64,000 nt of DNA, taken from NCBI GenBank assembly GCA_963771175.1, contig CAVYSY010000033.1, positions 96,001 through 160,000 of the forward strand, written 5' to 3'. The notes under the pieces are model-generated. The model was not told the DNA's origin. It worked only from the letters and a program-made list of their open reading frames with translations, and made no database searches. Within the stretch, counting starts at the first letter, position 1, and the number at the start of each line of letters is the position of its first letter. Shown here piece after piece: positions 34,966-44,506 of the stretch. This DNA is from an uncultured delta proteobacterium (GTDB taxonomy: Bacteria > Myxococcota > Myxococcia > Myxococcales > Myxococcaceae). Made by a program: the position numbers and the translations under genes.

Positions 34966-35119
34966 CCCCCCCTTCAGGGAGCAGGGATTGACACTCCCGG
35001 CGGCTCCAAACGGTGCATCCGGTGGATGCGACCGGGGGTCTTGGGAGGTGGTTTGCCTGGAAGTGACTCCAGGCGTCTCGTGTACTACAGAGGCGCTTCC
35101 ACCCATTTGGAGGAACGAG

Positions 35120-35890
35120 ATGAGCCGATTCATTTGGTACGACCTGATGAGCTCCGACGTCGCGGGTGCGAAGGCTTTCTATTCGGACATCATCGGCTGG
35201 AGGACCGAGAAGTGGTCGGGCGGCGACTACGAGCTCCTGAAGGCCGGCGACAAAGGTGTCGGGGGCATCATGGCGCTGCCTGACGAGATGAAGCGTGCTG
35301 GCGTTCCGCAGCACTGGATGGGCTACGTCCACGTCGACGATGTCGATGCCATCGCGCAGAAGGCGCAGAAGATGGGCGGCAAGGTGATGGCGCCTCCCTC
35401 CGACATCCCCACCGTCGGCCGCTACGCCGTCCTCGCGGATCCGCAGGGTGCCGTGTTCGCCGTCTTCAAGCCGCAGCCCCGCGAAGGCGAGCAGCTCGCT
35501 CCTCGCGAGCAGCTCGGCAACTTCAGCTGGGCCGAGCTCAACACCACCGATTGGCAGAGCGCCTGGAAGTTCTACTCTGATCTCTTCGGCTGGAAGGCCA
35601 CCTCGTCCATGAACATGGGCCCCGAGTTCGGCGAGTACTTCATGTTCGGCACCGACCCCAAGCAGTCGATGGGCGGGATGTCGAACGCCGCCAACATGAT
35701 GAAGACCCCCGCTCACTGGCTGCACTACATCAACGTGAAGAACGCCGACGAGACCGCCAGGCGCATCACGGAGAAGGGCGGAAAGGTGCTCAACGGCCCG
35801 ATGGACATCCCCGGCGGAGACCGCATCGCCCAGTGCATGGATCCGCAGGGCGGTGTGTTCGCCATCTATTCGGCGGGTAAGCGCGCGTAG
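35120..35890 (+). CDS. VOC (glyoxalase/bleomycin resistance) family protein, two domains
   Basis: FIWYDL..FYSDIIGW, DPQGAVF; second repeat WAELNT..FYSDLFGW..DPQGGVF. Confidence 0.9.
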   Translation: MSRFIWYDLMSSDVAGAKAFYSDIIGWRTEKWSGGDYELLKAGDKGVGGIMALPDEMKRAGVPQHWMGYVHVDDVDAIAQKAQKMGGKVMAPPSDIPTVGRYAVLADPQGAVFAVFKPQPREGEQLAPREQLGNFSWAELNTTDWQSAWKFYSDLFGWKATSSMNMGPEFGEYFMFGTDPKQSMGGMSNAANMMKTPAHWLHYINVKNADETARRITEKGGKVLNGPMDIPGGDRIAQCMDPQGGVFAIYSAGKRA

Positions 35891-35992
35891 CGTTGCTTCG
35901 TGGGGAAGGTCGCCTCGTCGAGCAGACGCATCGCCCGCCTCGGGTCGGTGGACCCGAGGACGGGCGCCTACGCCATCAAACCGGGTCGGTCG

Positions 35993-36366
35993 CTAGCGCA
36001 GGAAGAGCTCCTCGCGGCTCGGTGCGTCGATGGGCAGCTCCTCGGCCGACAGGGTGTTCAGCGCGGGTGGACGGACGACGCTGACGCCCATCCACTGCTG
36101 GAGCTTGTCCAGGGCCAGGGTGCGCTCGGGCTCGGGGAGTTGGAGGATGGAGGAGCCGTGGTTGCCGCCGGGCACGAAGAGGCGCAGCGAGTCGTTGCGC
36201 TCGCGCACTTCGAAGGCGCCGGTGGACCAGGGGTCGTTCTCCCCGTAGATGAAGAGCAGGCGCTGGCCGTCGGTGCGCACCCAGCGCTCCACCTGGCGCA
36301 TGATGGCGTGGTCGAACGGCTTCTCCACCTCCAGGGGCGGGTAGTTCGTCACCGCGTCCTGGCGCG
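35993..36366 (-). pseudogene. 3' remnant of an S37 (PS-10)/S28-like serine aminopeptidase gene
   Basis: RLLFIYGENDPWS and PGGNHG motifs; 5' part absent, runs directly into the yjjX duplicate. Confidence 0.7.
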
Positions 36367-36882
36367 GACGAACCCGGCCAAGACGACAGCGGTGCGAGCC
36401 ATCTGTGAGCGGGCCTTCCCCGGCTGCACCGTGGTGCCAATCGACGTCCGAGCGGAGTCCCCGAGCAACCCATCGGCTCCGAGCAGACCTCGACGGGAGC
36501 GCGCAACCGGGCGCGGGCGGCGCTGGCGGCCGTTGCGGGGGCGCGGATGGGCATGGGGTTGGAGGGGGGCGTGGACCCGGACGGCAGCCTCATCAACTGC
36601 GTGGTCGTGGTGGAGGCCGGGGGCCAGGAGAACCTGACCTGGGGTGTGCGCTTCCCCCTCCCCCCGAGCGTCGTCGCCCGGGTGCTGAAGGGCGAGGAGC
36701 TGGGCCGGGTCATGGACCAGGTCTCCGGCCGGACCGAGAGCAAGAAGCAGCTCGGAGCCGTGGGCATCCTCACCAACGGCATCTTCACGCGCGCCGAGAT
36801 GTGGCAGGGCCCGCTCGCCTGCGCGCTGATGCCCTTCCTGCACCCGGGGCTCTACCCCGCGCACCGCTCCGAATCCGTTTGA
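36367..36882 (+). pseudogene. yjjX: 5'-truncated diverged second copy of yjjX
   Basis: 36367-36858 aligns by eye to 34470-34962 with about 18 differences including one indel; first 9 codons missing. Confidence 0.9.
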
Positions 36883-36886
36883 GGCC

Positions 36887-37222
36887 TCACCCCTCCAACC
36901 GGTGCTCGATGCGAATGAGCCGGACGCCCTTCGGCGTGCGCATGAGCGTGTCCCACCAGTCCGCCCCGTCATACCAATAGCGGATCTGCACCCCGAGCAC
37001 CCTCCCCTCCCGGAGCGCCTCCACGGCCTCGGCGAGCGGGACGGACTGCTCGGAGGCCATCGCCAGGGCTCCGCCCTTGAGCAGCACCTCCTTCACCACG
37101 GTGCAGCGCTGGATGTCCTGGAGGAGCTGCTCCAGCGTGTCCGAGTCGAGGATGGCGTCCTGCAACTGGGGAAGCGGGGTGTTCTCGGGAGCGGCATTCC
37201 CGAGGCGGAGAGCTGCTGTCAT
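36887..37222 (-). CDS. Hypothetical protein, last gene of nap operon
   Basis: 111 aa; ATGA overlap with upstream ferredoxin; GVQIRYWYDGADWWDTL. Confidence 0.75.
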   Translation of the reverse strand: MTAALRLGNAAPENTPLPQLQDAILDSDTLEQLLQDIQRCTVVKEVLLKGGALAMASEQSVPLAEAVEALREGRVLGVQIRYWYDGADWWDTLMRTPKGVRLIRIEHRLEG

Positions 37223-37800
37223 GAGACGGCGACCTGCTGGTGGGAGGGAAGGAACTCGAAGGCGTTGAGCGGGGCCGGGCACACCTGGACGCAGACGCCA
37301 CAGCCGTTGCACCGCTCCTCCACCACGCGGGGGCGCCCCAGCTCGATGACGATGGCGTTCTCGACGGGGCAGCGCTCGGAGCAGGTGCTGCAGAACGAGC
37401 CCTGCCAGGCGAGGCAGAGCTGGGGACGCACGCGAACGGTCATCCCCGGGACGGGAGCACCCATCGGAGCGCCGGGATTCGCGGAGGACGGACCCCCAGC
37501 GGGAGGCGCGAGCGGAGCCATTCCGATCCGGCTGACGCCGTCCTGGGGGACGACGAGCCCCTCTCGCAGGGAGAAGACCGGGATGCTGTTTCCAGTGGCC
37601 TCGCCCGCCTGCGAACGGGAGGAATAGAACGCCTCGAGGGAGAAGCCACCGCCCGCTGCGGGAGCAGGCGCGGGTGCGGGCTCGGACACAACGGGCGCGG
37701 GCGCGGGAGCACGAGTGGGCTCCGGCGAAGGCGCGGGCTCCTCCTTCTTGCGAAGGAACCCGAAGAGCGCCCGGCGGCTGATGGCGGCCCGCGAGCTCAC
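37219..37800 (-). CDS. 4Fe-4S ferredoxin-type protein (NapF/NapG-like)
   Basis: SRRALFGFL N-terminus; CLAWQGSFCSTCSERCP and CNGCGVCVQVCP; GTGA overlap with napB. Confidence 0.8.
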   Translation of the reverse strand: MSSRAAISRRALFGFLRKKEEPAPSPEPTRAPAPAPVVSEPAPAPAPAAGGGFSLEAFYSSRSQAGEATGNSIPVFSLREGLVVPQDGVSRIGMAPLAPPAGGPSSANPGAPMGAPVPGMTVRVRPQLCLAWQGSFCSTCSERCPVENAIVIELGRPRVVEERCNGCGVCVQVCPAPLNAFEFLPSHQQVAVS

Positions 37801-38594
37801 GGCTTCGCCTCCGTCGCCATGCCCGCCAGACCCGGCTCCCCTGCCCCACCGACGCGCTGGTCGAGCCGCGCCGAGGAACCATGGCACTGCTGGCAGTTCT
37901 GCCGCTCCGGGTGCGAGGTGCGCAGCCCGGGGAGCCCCTTGGGCCCGTGGCAGCTCGCGCAATCGGTCCGCATGTGCGTCGAGTGAGGCATGGTCGGCGG
38001 TGCGCCCGGCCACGCCCGCGCACCATTCCCGGCCGAGGCCAGCCCGACGAAGCCGTTGCCCGGCATGTCCTTGTACGGGGCCAGCGGGCGAGGCGAATCC
38101 CCCACCACATGGCACTGCGTGCAGCTCTGGTACGGCTCGTGGCTGATCTTCGGAGCCACCCGGTTGCCCAGCTTCATCCCCTCGCCGTGGCAGGCGAGAC
38201 AGCCGGGGACCTCGCGCTGGTCGATGTCGTGCGGAATGGTCGGCGGCGCCCCGTCATACGCGCGGTGGGTCTTCCGCTGGGCCACGGCCTGCGCGCGCTG
38301 CTCGGAGGTGGCCACCGGCAGGGGCTTCACCGGCAACTCCTCCTCCGACAGCGAGGCAATGGCCCCCTCGTACATCCGCGCGTTGTCTCCACGCCGCGCC
38401 TCGCGCAGCTCGCCGTAGCTCAGAGCACGCTCCGCCCGTTGCGCATGCGGATCCGAAGCCACCGGTCGCTCGGGCATCTCCGGCGCACGGACCCCCGCGA
38501 AGTACCCGGTGGCCGCGAGCGCCACCGCCACGGCGGCGCCCACGTGGAGCCAGCGAGCCGGGAGGCCACTCCCCTGTTCGCCCTCGGGGTTCAT
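37797..38594 (-). CDS. napB: NapB-type cytochrome c subunit, internally duplicated (4 CxxCH)
   Basis: [22 protein letters not shown] and [22 protein letters not shown]. Confidence 0.82.
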   Translation of the reverse strand: MNPEGEQGSGLPARWLHVGAAVAVALAATGYFAGVRAPEMPERPVASDPHAQRAERALSYGELREARRGDNARMYEGAIASLSEEELPVKPLPVATSEQRAQAVAQRKTHRAYDGAPPTIPHDIDQREVPGCLACHGEGMKLGNRVAPKISHEPYQSCTQCHVVGDSPRPLAPYKDMPGNGFVGLASAGNGARAWPGAPPTMPHSTHMRTDCASCHGPKGLPGLRTSHPERQNCQQCHGSSARLDQRVGGAGEPGLAGMATEAKP

Positions 38595-41044
38595 CCCTGC
38601 TTCTCCGCGACGAGCTCACGCCGGCGCACCCGGGCCGCGCACTTCTTGTAGTCCGGCTGCTTGGAGAACGGGTCGTGCGCGTCGAGCGTGAGCCCGTTGA
38701 TGAGCAGCCGCTCGTCGAAGAACGGGACGAACAGCGAGCCCGGCGGCGGGCTCGCCGCGACCGTCGATCCACACCGGCAGCTCGAGCTTCCCGCGCCGCG
38801 TCTCGAGCGTCACCGAGTTCGCCGTTGCCGCACGCCGAGCCGCCGCGCGTCGTCGCGGTTCATCTCGACGTAGGCCTGCGGCATCGCGCGCTGGAGCTGC
38901 GGGAATGCGCATCGTCATCGTGCCGGTGTGCCAGTGCTCGAGCACGCGGCCGGTGCAGAGCCAGAAGGGGATACTCGGCGTCGGGCGACTCGGGCGGCGG
39001 CTCGTAGGGGCTGGAACCAGATCTGCGCGCGGTCGTCCTTGGTGGTCGAGTGGTAGAACTGGATGTCGCGTGCCCTTCTTCACGTACGGGTCGTCGAAGC
39101 CGGAGAAGCGGAACCGCGTCTCGCGCCAGCGTGCCGTCCGGCTGCTGCACCACCGGCCAGCGCAGGCCGCGCGCCTTCACGTACTCCGCGTAGGGCGCGA
39201 GGTCCTTGTGCTTGATGCGGCGTGAACTTGCGGTACTCCTCGAAGAGGTGCTCGTCGACGTTGACGTCGTAGTAGTGGGCGAAGTCCCAGATGGGCACCG
39301 GCTTGCCGTCCTTGCCCTTCAGCGTCGAAGAGGAACCGGCCGTCCTTGTCCTTCATCCCCGCGATGCCCGAGCTCGAAGAGCCGGTGCGCGACGGCGATG
39401 ATCTGCCAGCAGTCGTCGCGCGCCTCGCCCGGGCGGCTCGACCATCTTGAACCACTGCTGCGTGCGGCGCTCGGAGTTGCCGAACATGCCGTTCTTCTCG
39501 ACCCACATGCGCCGACGGCAGGACGAGATCGGCCGATGCGCGTCGTCGCGGTCGGGTAGACGTCGGAGACGATGAGGAACTTGTCCGCGAGCTTGCGGCT
39601 CGGGATCGAACAGCTCGTGCAGTTGGGCAGCGACTGGCCGGGGTTGGTGACCTGCACCCAGATCGTGTCGATGTCGCCGCCCTGGTCCGTGGGCGTGGAG
39701 AAGCGCTTCCACATCTCGACGGTGTGGTAGCCGGGCTTGGCGTTGATGCGGCCCGCGGGGACGTTCCAGATCTCCTCGGCCTCCTCGCGGTGCTCGGCGT
39801 TGGCGACCACGCAGGCCGCCGGGGAGCGCGTGGGCGAGCGTGCCGACCTCGCGCACCGTGCCGCACGCGGAGGGCTGGCCGGTGAGGCTGGTCGGCGCGT
39901 CGCCCGGCTTGCCGAAGTGCCCGCTGAGCAGGTGGACGCCGTGGACGAGGTTGTTGATCGCCGTGCCGCGCGTGTGCTGGTTCATGCCCATGCACCACAG
40001 GCTGGTGATGCGCAGGTCGCGCCGGCCGAACAGCTCGGCGAGCATCGCGGATGTCCTTCGCCGGCGACGCCCGAGAGCTGCTCCACCTTCTCCGGGCGTG
40101 TACTCGGCGAGCAGCCTTCTTGTACTCGTCGAAGGTGATGGCCTTGCCCTCGAGCGTCGGCGGCTCGTCGGCGCGCGCGGAAGGCGCAGTGCTTCTCGAC
40201 GAAGTCCTTGTCGTAGGTGCCGTTCTCGACGCAGCAGGTGCGCGATGCCGCAGGCGATCGCGAGGTCGCGCGTGCGGCTTGAAGCGCGAGCACGTGATCG
40301 GCAGAACCCGCTGGTGCGCGTGCGGCGCGTGCCGATGTCGATGAGGGTGACCTTCTCGCCGCGCGAGCGCCGGTCGATGACGCGCGAGAACAGCACCGGG
40401 TGCATCTCGGCGGGGTTGTTGCCCCAGAGTGATGAGCACGTCGCACGTGTCGAGGTCGTCGTAGCAGCCGGCCGGCTCGTCGACGCCGTAGGTGGCGAGG
40501 AAGCCCGTCACCGCCGAGGACATGCAGAGCCGCGCGTTGGCGTCGATCTGGTTGGTCGCCGAGCCCGCCCTTGATGAACTTGTTGGCGGCGTAGCCCTCG
40601 GGGATCGTCCACTGGCCGCTGCCGTAGATGGCGAAGCCCGCGGGGTTCTTCATGCACGCGCTTGGCGATGATGTCGATCGCCTCGTCCCACGAGATGGGC
40701 TCGAGCTTGCCGTTCTTGCGCAGGAGCGGCGTGGTGCAGGCGATCCTCGCCGTAGAGCGCGAGGCCGACGTGGTAGCCCTTCACGCAGAGCAGGCCCTTG
40801 TTCACCTCGGCCTTCTGATCGCCCGCGATCGCGACGACCTTGCCGTCCTGCACGCCGACCTGGACGTGGCAGCCGGTGCCGCAGAACCGGCACGGCGCCT
40901 TGTTCCACGTGCACGCCGTCGCCGTGACGGGCGGCGGCCGACGGCGTCCGCGGCGGCCTCGTCCTGGCCGTAGCGCGAGCCGGCGCGGCCGCGACCGTCG
41001 CCGCCGCCATCGCCGAGCCGCTTGAGGAAGTCCCGGCGATCCAT
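38591..41044 (-). CDS. napA: Periplasmic nitrate reductase catalytic subunit, many frameshifts
   Basis: Joined frames give MDRRDFLK (Tat), [79 protein letters not shown]. Confidence 0.9.
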
Positions 41045-41049
41045 CAGCC

Positions 41050-41303
41050 TCAGCCCTCCTCGTGCTCTGAGAAGTCGATCCATCACCACGTCCACGAAGC
41101 GCACGCCGGCGGCTCCGTCAGCGCGACTCGCGCGAGCGCCTCGCCCTCCTGCGAGCGTCGCCGTCTCGGTCGACCACCGGCAGCCAGCGCTCCTCGCGCG
41201 TCGCCGCCCAGCGTGATGCGCGGGTCGCGAGCAGCTCCGAGGGCGCGCGAGCCTCAGCGCGGGTCACAGCGTCGAGGGTGACGACCAGGCCGCTGATCGG
41301 CAT
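41050..41303 (-). CDS. napD: NapD-like chaperone, frameshifted
   Basis: [10 protein letters not shown] start, WLPVV, RFVDVV near end; size and position directly upstream of napA. Confidence 0.65.
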
Positions 41304-41337
41304 GCGGGTCCGCCCGTCGCAGCACGCCCGCCCATGG

Positions 41338-41353
41338 AGCAAGAGGCGGACCA
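41338..41353 (-). promoter_or_regulatory. sigma54 (-24/-12) promoter for napDAB operon
   Basis: Minus strand TGGTCCGCCTCTTGCT matches TGGCACG-N4-TTGC(A/T); ~35 bp upstream of napD ATG. Confidence 0.65.
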
Positions 41354-41464
41354 CTCCGACGCGCCACCGGCATCCGGCACGCGTGACGCGCAAGTCTGCG
41401 CGCGACCGTGCATCGGCGATGCGCGGCATCGCCGCCTCGAGGCGTCGCGAGGCAGACGCGCGCG

Positions 41465-41480
41465 TGGCACGGACCCTGCT
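41465..41480 (+). promoter_or_regulatory. sigma54 (-24/-12) promoter for cytochrome c-ferredoxin-NrfD operon
   Basis: TGGCACGGACCCTGCT; ~35 bp upstream of ATG at 41516. Confidence 0.65.
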
Positions 41481-41515
41481 TTGCGCGATCCCCGTGGCGA
41501 GCCACCTCTCGATTC

Positions 41516-42125
41516 ATGCGCCCGTCGCTCGTCGCCGTCGCTGCTCGCCGCTCGGCGGATGCCGGCAGGACCAACCCGCGCGCTTCGCAGCCGGCCCCCG
41601 GGAGCGCCGACTGGCGACGACGGTCGATCCACGCAGCCGGCGAAGCTCACGCTCGGTCGAGACCGACCAGAAGGACGCGCTCGGCCGGCCCATCCGCGTC
41701 GCGTGCGTCACGCTGCCACTCGCTGCGCGACGCCGAAGCCCGCTGCCCCGACGGCCCGAGCGAACTGAAGGAGTTCCACCAGGGCCTCCGTTCAGCCACG
41801 GCGACGCTCGCCTGCGCGCGTGCCACGTCACCAGGCCGCGCAGCGCACGCACGCTCCACCTCGCCGACGGGCGAGCCGCTGCCGATGACGCGAGGCGATG
41901 ACGCTGTGCGCGCAGTGCCACGGGCCGCAGTTCCGCGACTACCAGCACGGCGCGCACGGCGGCATGAACGGCCACTGGGATCTCTCGCGAGGACGACCGC
42001 CGCGCAACCACTGCGTCGACTGCCACGATCCGCACGCGCCGAAGTTCGCGGCCGTCGCATCCGGTGCTGCCGCCGCGCGATCGCGGCCGCCGACGGCGAG
42101 CCGCCGAGCTCGGAGCGCACCATGA
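41516..42125 (+). CDS. Multiheme (probably tetraheme) cytochrome c, likely lipoprotein; frameshifted
   Basis: LGGC lipobox-like; intact CAQCH and CVDCH plus two indel-broken motifs (CVT-CH, CA--CH). Confidence 0.7.
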
Positions 42126-43046
42126 GTGACAAGGTCGACCGCCGCGCCGTGACGCTCAAGGTGCTCGGCGGCCACGCTCGGCGCCGGCGCCTTCGCGCTA
42201 CGCGATGGCGCCGCTCACGCGAGTGGACGCAGGACCTGACGCGTCGATGAGTTCCTCCAGAAGCACTACAAGGAGCTGACGCCGCGACGAGCTGGCGACG
42301 GTCCTCGCGCGACCTCGAGGCCGAGACGCGAAGACGAAGTACGGCCGCGACGTGACCATCCAGCGACCTGCCGCCGCGACGGAGGGCGTCGAGTTCGGCT
42401 ACGCGCTCAACCTGAGCGTCTGCATCGGCTGCCGCAAGTGCGCCGAGGCCTGCCACATCGAGAACAACCACGATCGCGCGCACCAACAACTCGTACATCC
42501 GCGTGCTCGAGATGGAGCAGGGCAGCTTCGACCTGGAGCACGGCAACGCGCACTACGACCACGCCGGTGCCCGCGCCGGGCAAGTACTACATGCCGGTGC
42601 AGTGCCAGCAGTGCGACAACGCGCCGTGCGTGAAGGTCTGCCCGGTCGCAGGCGACCTGGAAGGAGCCGGACGGCATCGTCGTCGTCGACTACAACTGGT
42701 GCATCGGCTGCCGCTACTGCGAGGCCGCGTGCCCGTACCACGCGCGGCGCTTCAACTGGACGAAGCCGGAGATCCCCGCCGACGAGATCAACCCCGACCA
42801 GGGCTACCTCTCGAACCGCATCCGCCCGCAGGGCGTGGTCGAGAAGTGCACCTTCTGCCTGCACCGCACGCGCGAGGGCCGGCTGCCCGGCGTGCCTCGA
42901 GGCGTGCCCGACCGGCGCGCGCGTGTTCGGCAACCTGCTCGATCCGAACAGCGAGATCCGCTGGGTGCTCGAGAACAAGCGCGTCTTCGTCCTCAAGGAG
43001 GAGCTCGGGACGCAGCCCGCGCTTCTTCTACTTCTTCGACAAGTGA
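42122..43046 (+). CDS. Tat-exported 4x[4Fe-4S] protein (DsrO/NrfC/PsrB family), frameshifted
   Basis: DRRAV Tat-like; CIGCRKCAEAC, CQQCDNAPCVKVCP, CIGCRYCEAACPY, VEKCTFC..ACLEACPTGAR. Confidence 0.88.
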
Positions 43047-44379
43047 GCCGGTCGCCATCGCACCGAGCATGCTCGCCGCAGTCACACGCGTCGAGCTACC
43101 CGCGCTTCCTGCGGCGGCTCGCTGCTGGCGCGCATCGACGGGAGCTGGCGCTTCTACGCCGTGGATGACGCGTGCTCACGGCGATCGCCCTGGTCGGGCG
43201 CCAACGCCTGGGCGCACCAGGTCGCGCGACGGCATGGCGCGTCACCGGCGATGACGCGACCACGTCTCGTGGGGGCTCTACATCGCCAACTTCACCTTCG
43301 GCGTCGGGCTCGCGGCCGGCGCGGTGATGATGGTCATCCCCGCCTACCTCTACGACGACCACGAGATGCACGACGTGGTGATCATCGGCGAGCTGCTCGC
43401 CGATCGCCGCGATCGTCATGTGCCTCGCTGTTCGTCGTGGTCGACATGGGCCGCCCCGATCGCTTCTGGCACCTCATGCCCGGCGATCGGCCGGTTCAAC
43501 TGGCCGATCTCGATGCTCACCTGGGACGTGATCGTGCTCAACGGCTATCTGCTCCTCAACCTGCACATCTGCGGCTACCTCGCTCTACATGCGCTTCCTC
43601 GGGCGCAAGCCCGAGCAAGCGCTGGTACCTGCCGTTCGTCTTCCTCTCGATCGTCTGGGCGATCTCGATCCACACCGTGACGGCGTTCCTCTACAGCGGG
43701 CTCGGCGGCCGGCCGTTCTGGAACTCGGCGCTGCTCGCGCCGCGGTTCATCGCGTCGGCGTTCGTCACCGGCCCCGCGTTCGTCATCGTGCTGCTGCAGG
43801 TCATCCGCCGCGTCACGGCGCTTCCGCGTCGGCGACGGGCCCGATCGCGCACGCTGACGTCGGTGCTCCGCGTGACGGTGCTCGCTCAACCTGTTCATGC
43901 TGGGCTCGGAGCTGTTCACCGCGCTTCTACACGGGCGGCGCGCACGCCACGCGCGGCGCGCTACCTGTTCTTCGGCTCGCACGGGCAGCACGCGCTCGTG
44001 CCGTGGATCTGGACGGCGATCGCGCTCAACGTCGCCTCGGCGGTCCTGCGTGCATCTGCCCGCGAGCCGCGCGCGACAGCTGCGGCTGCTCGACCTGGCG
44101 TGCGCGCTGCGCGTTCGCCGGCGTGTGGATCGAGAAGGGCATGGGCCTCATCATCCCCGGCTTCGTCCCGAGCACGCTGCACGAGGTCGTCGAGTACGTG
44201 CCCGAGCGCTCACCGAGTGGAAGGTGACCGCGGGCATCTGGGCCTTCGGGCTGATGGTGCTGACGGTCGCGGTGAAGGTCGCGCTGCCGGTGCTGAGTGG
44301 GCAGCTCGCCGCCTCGCATGCCGAGCACGCACCGGCCGGACATGGAGACACGGCCCCTGAATCAAAGCAGGCCGCGTAG
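43043..44379 (+). CDS. NrfD/PsrC-family membrane quinol-interacting subunit (DsrP-like), frameshifted; start approximate
   Basis: SWGLYIANFTF, DMGRPDRFWHL, SMLTWDVIVL, SIHTVTAFLYSG, RPFWNSALLAPRF, WIEKGMGLIIPGF. Confidence 0.85.
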
Positions 44380-44388
44380 GGTCACAAG

Positions 44389-44460
44389 ACGGACGCGAAC
44401 AACTGCGGCGCCTGCGGTGTGGTGTGCCCGAACGGGTGCGCCGACGGGAGCTGCCAGTGA
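44389..44460 (+). pseudogene. 3' remnant of a myxobacterial Cys-rich repeat protein
   Basis: TDANNCGACGVVCPNGCADGSCQ* with no start codon. Confidence 0.6.
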
Positions 44461-44506
44461 GCTGAACGGGGCCGGCGCCGGCTGCACGCGACGAGTCCCG
44501 GGAGAG

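Noticed and set aside
34470..36858. yjjX repeat pair as DGR template/variable repeats
   Set aside because: Mismatches are not adenine-specific and no reverse transcriptase is present
38591..41044. Molybdoenzyme as formate dehydrogenase, arsenite oxidase, perchlorate reductase or a selenoprotein
   Set aside because: [20 protein letters not shown] and GQPSACGT plus napD/napB neighbours indicate NapA; the Mo-ligand codon is TGC
42122..44379. DsrOP-like genes as evidence for dissimilatory sulfur metabolism
   Set aside because: No dsrAB/dsrMK in the window; NrfC/NrfD-family modules are reused widely, and the context is nitrate reductase
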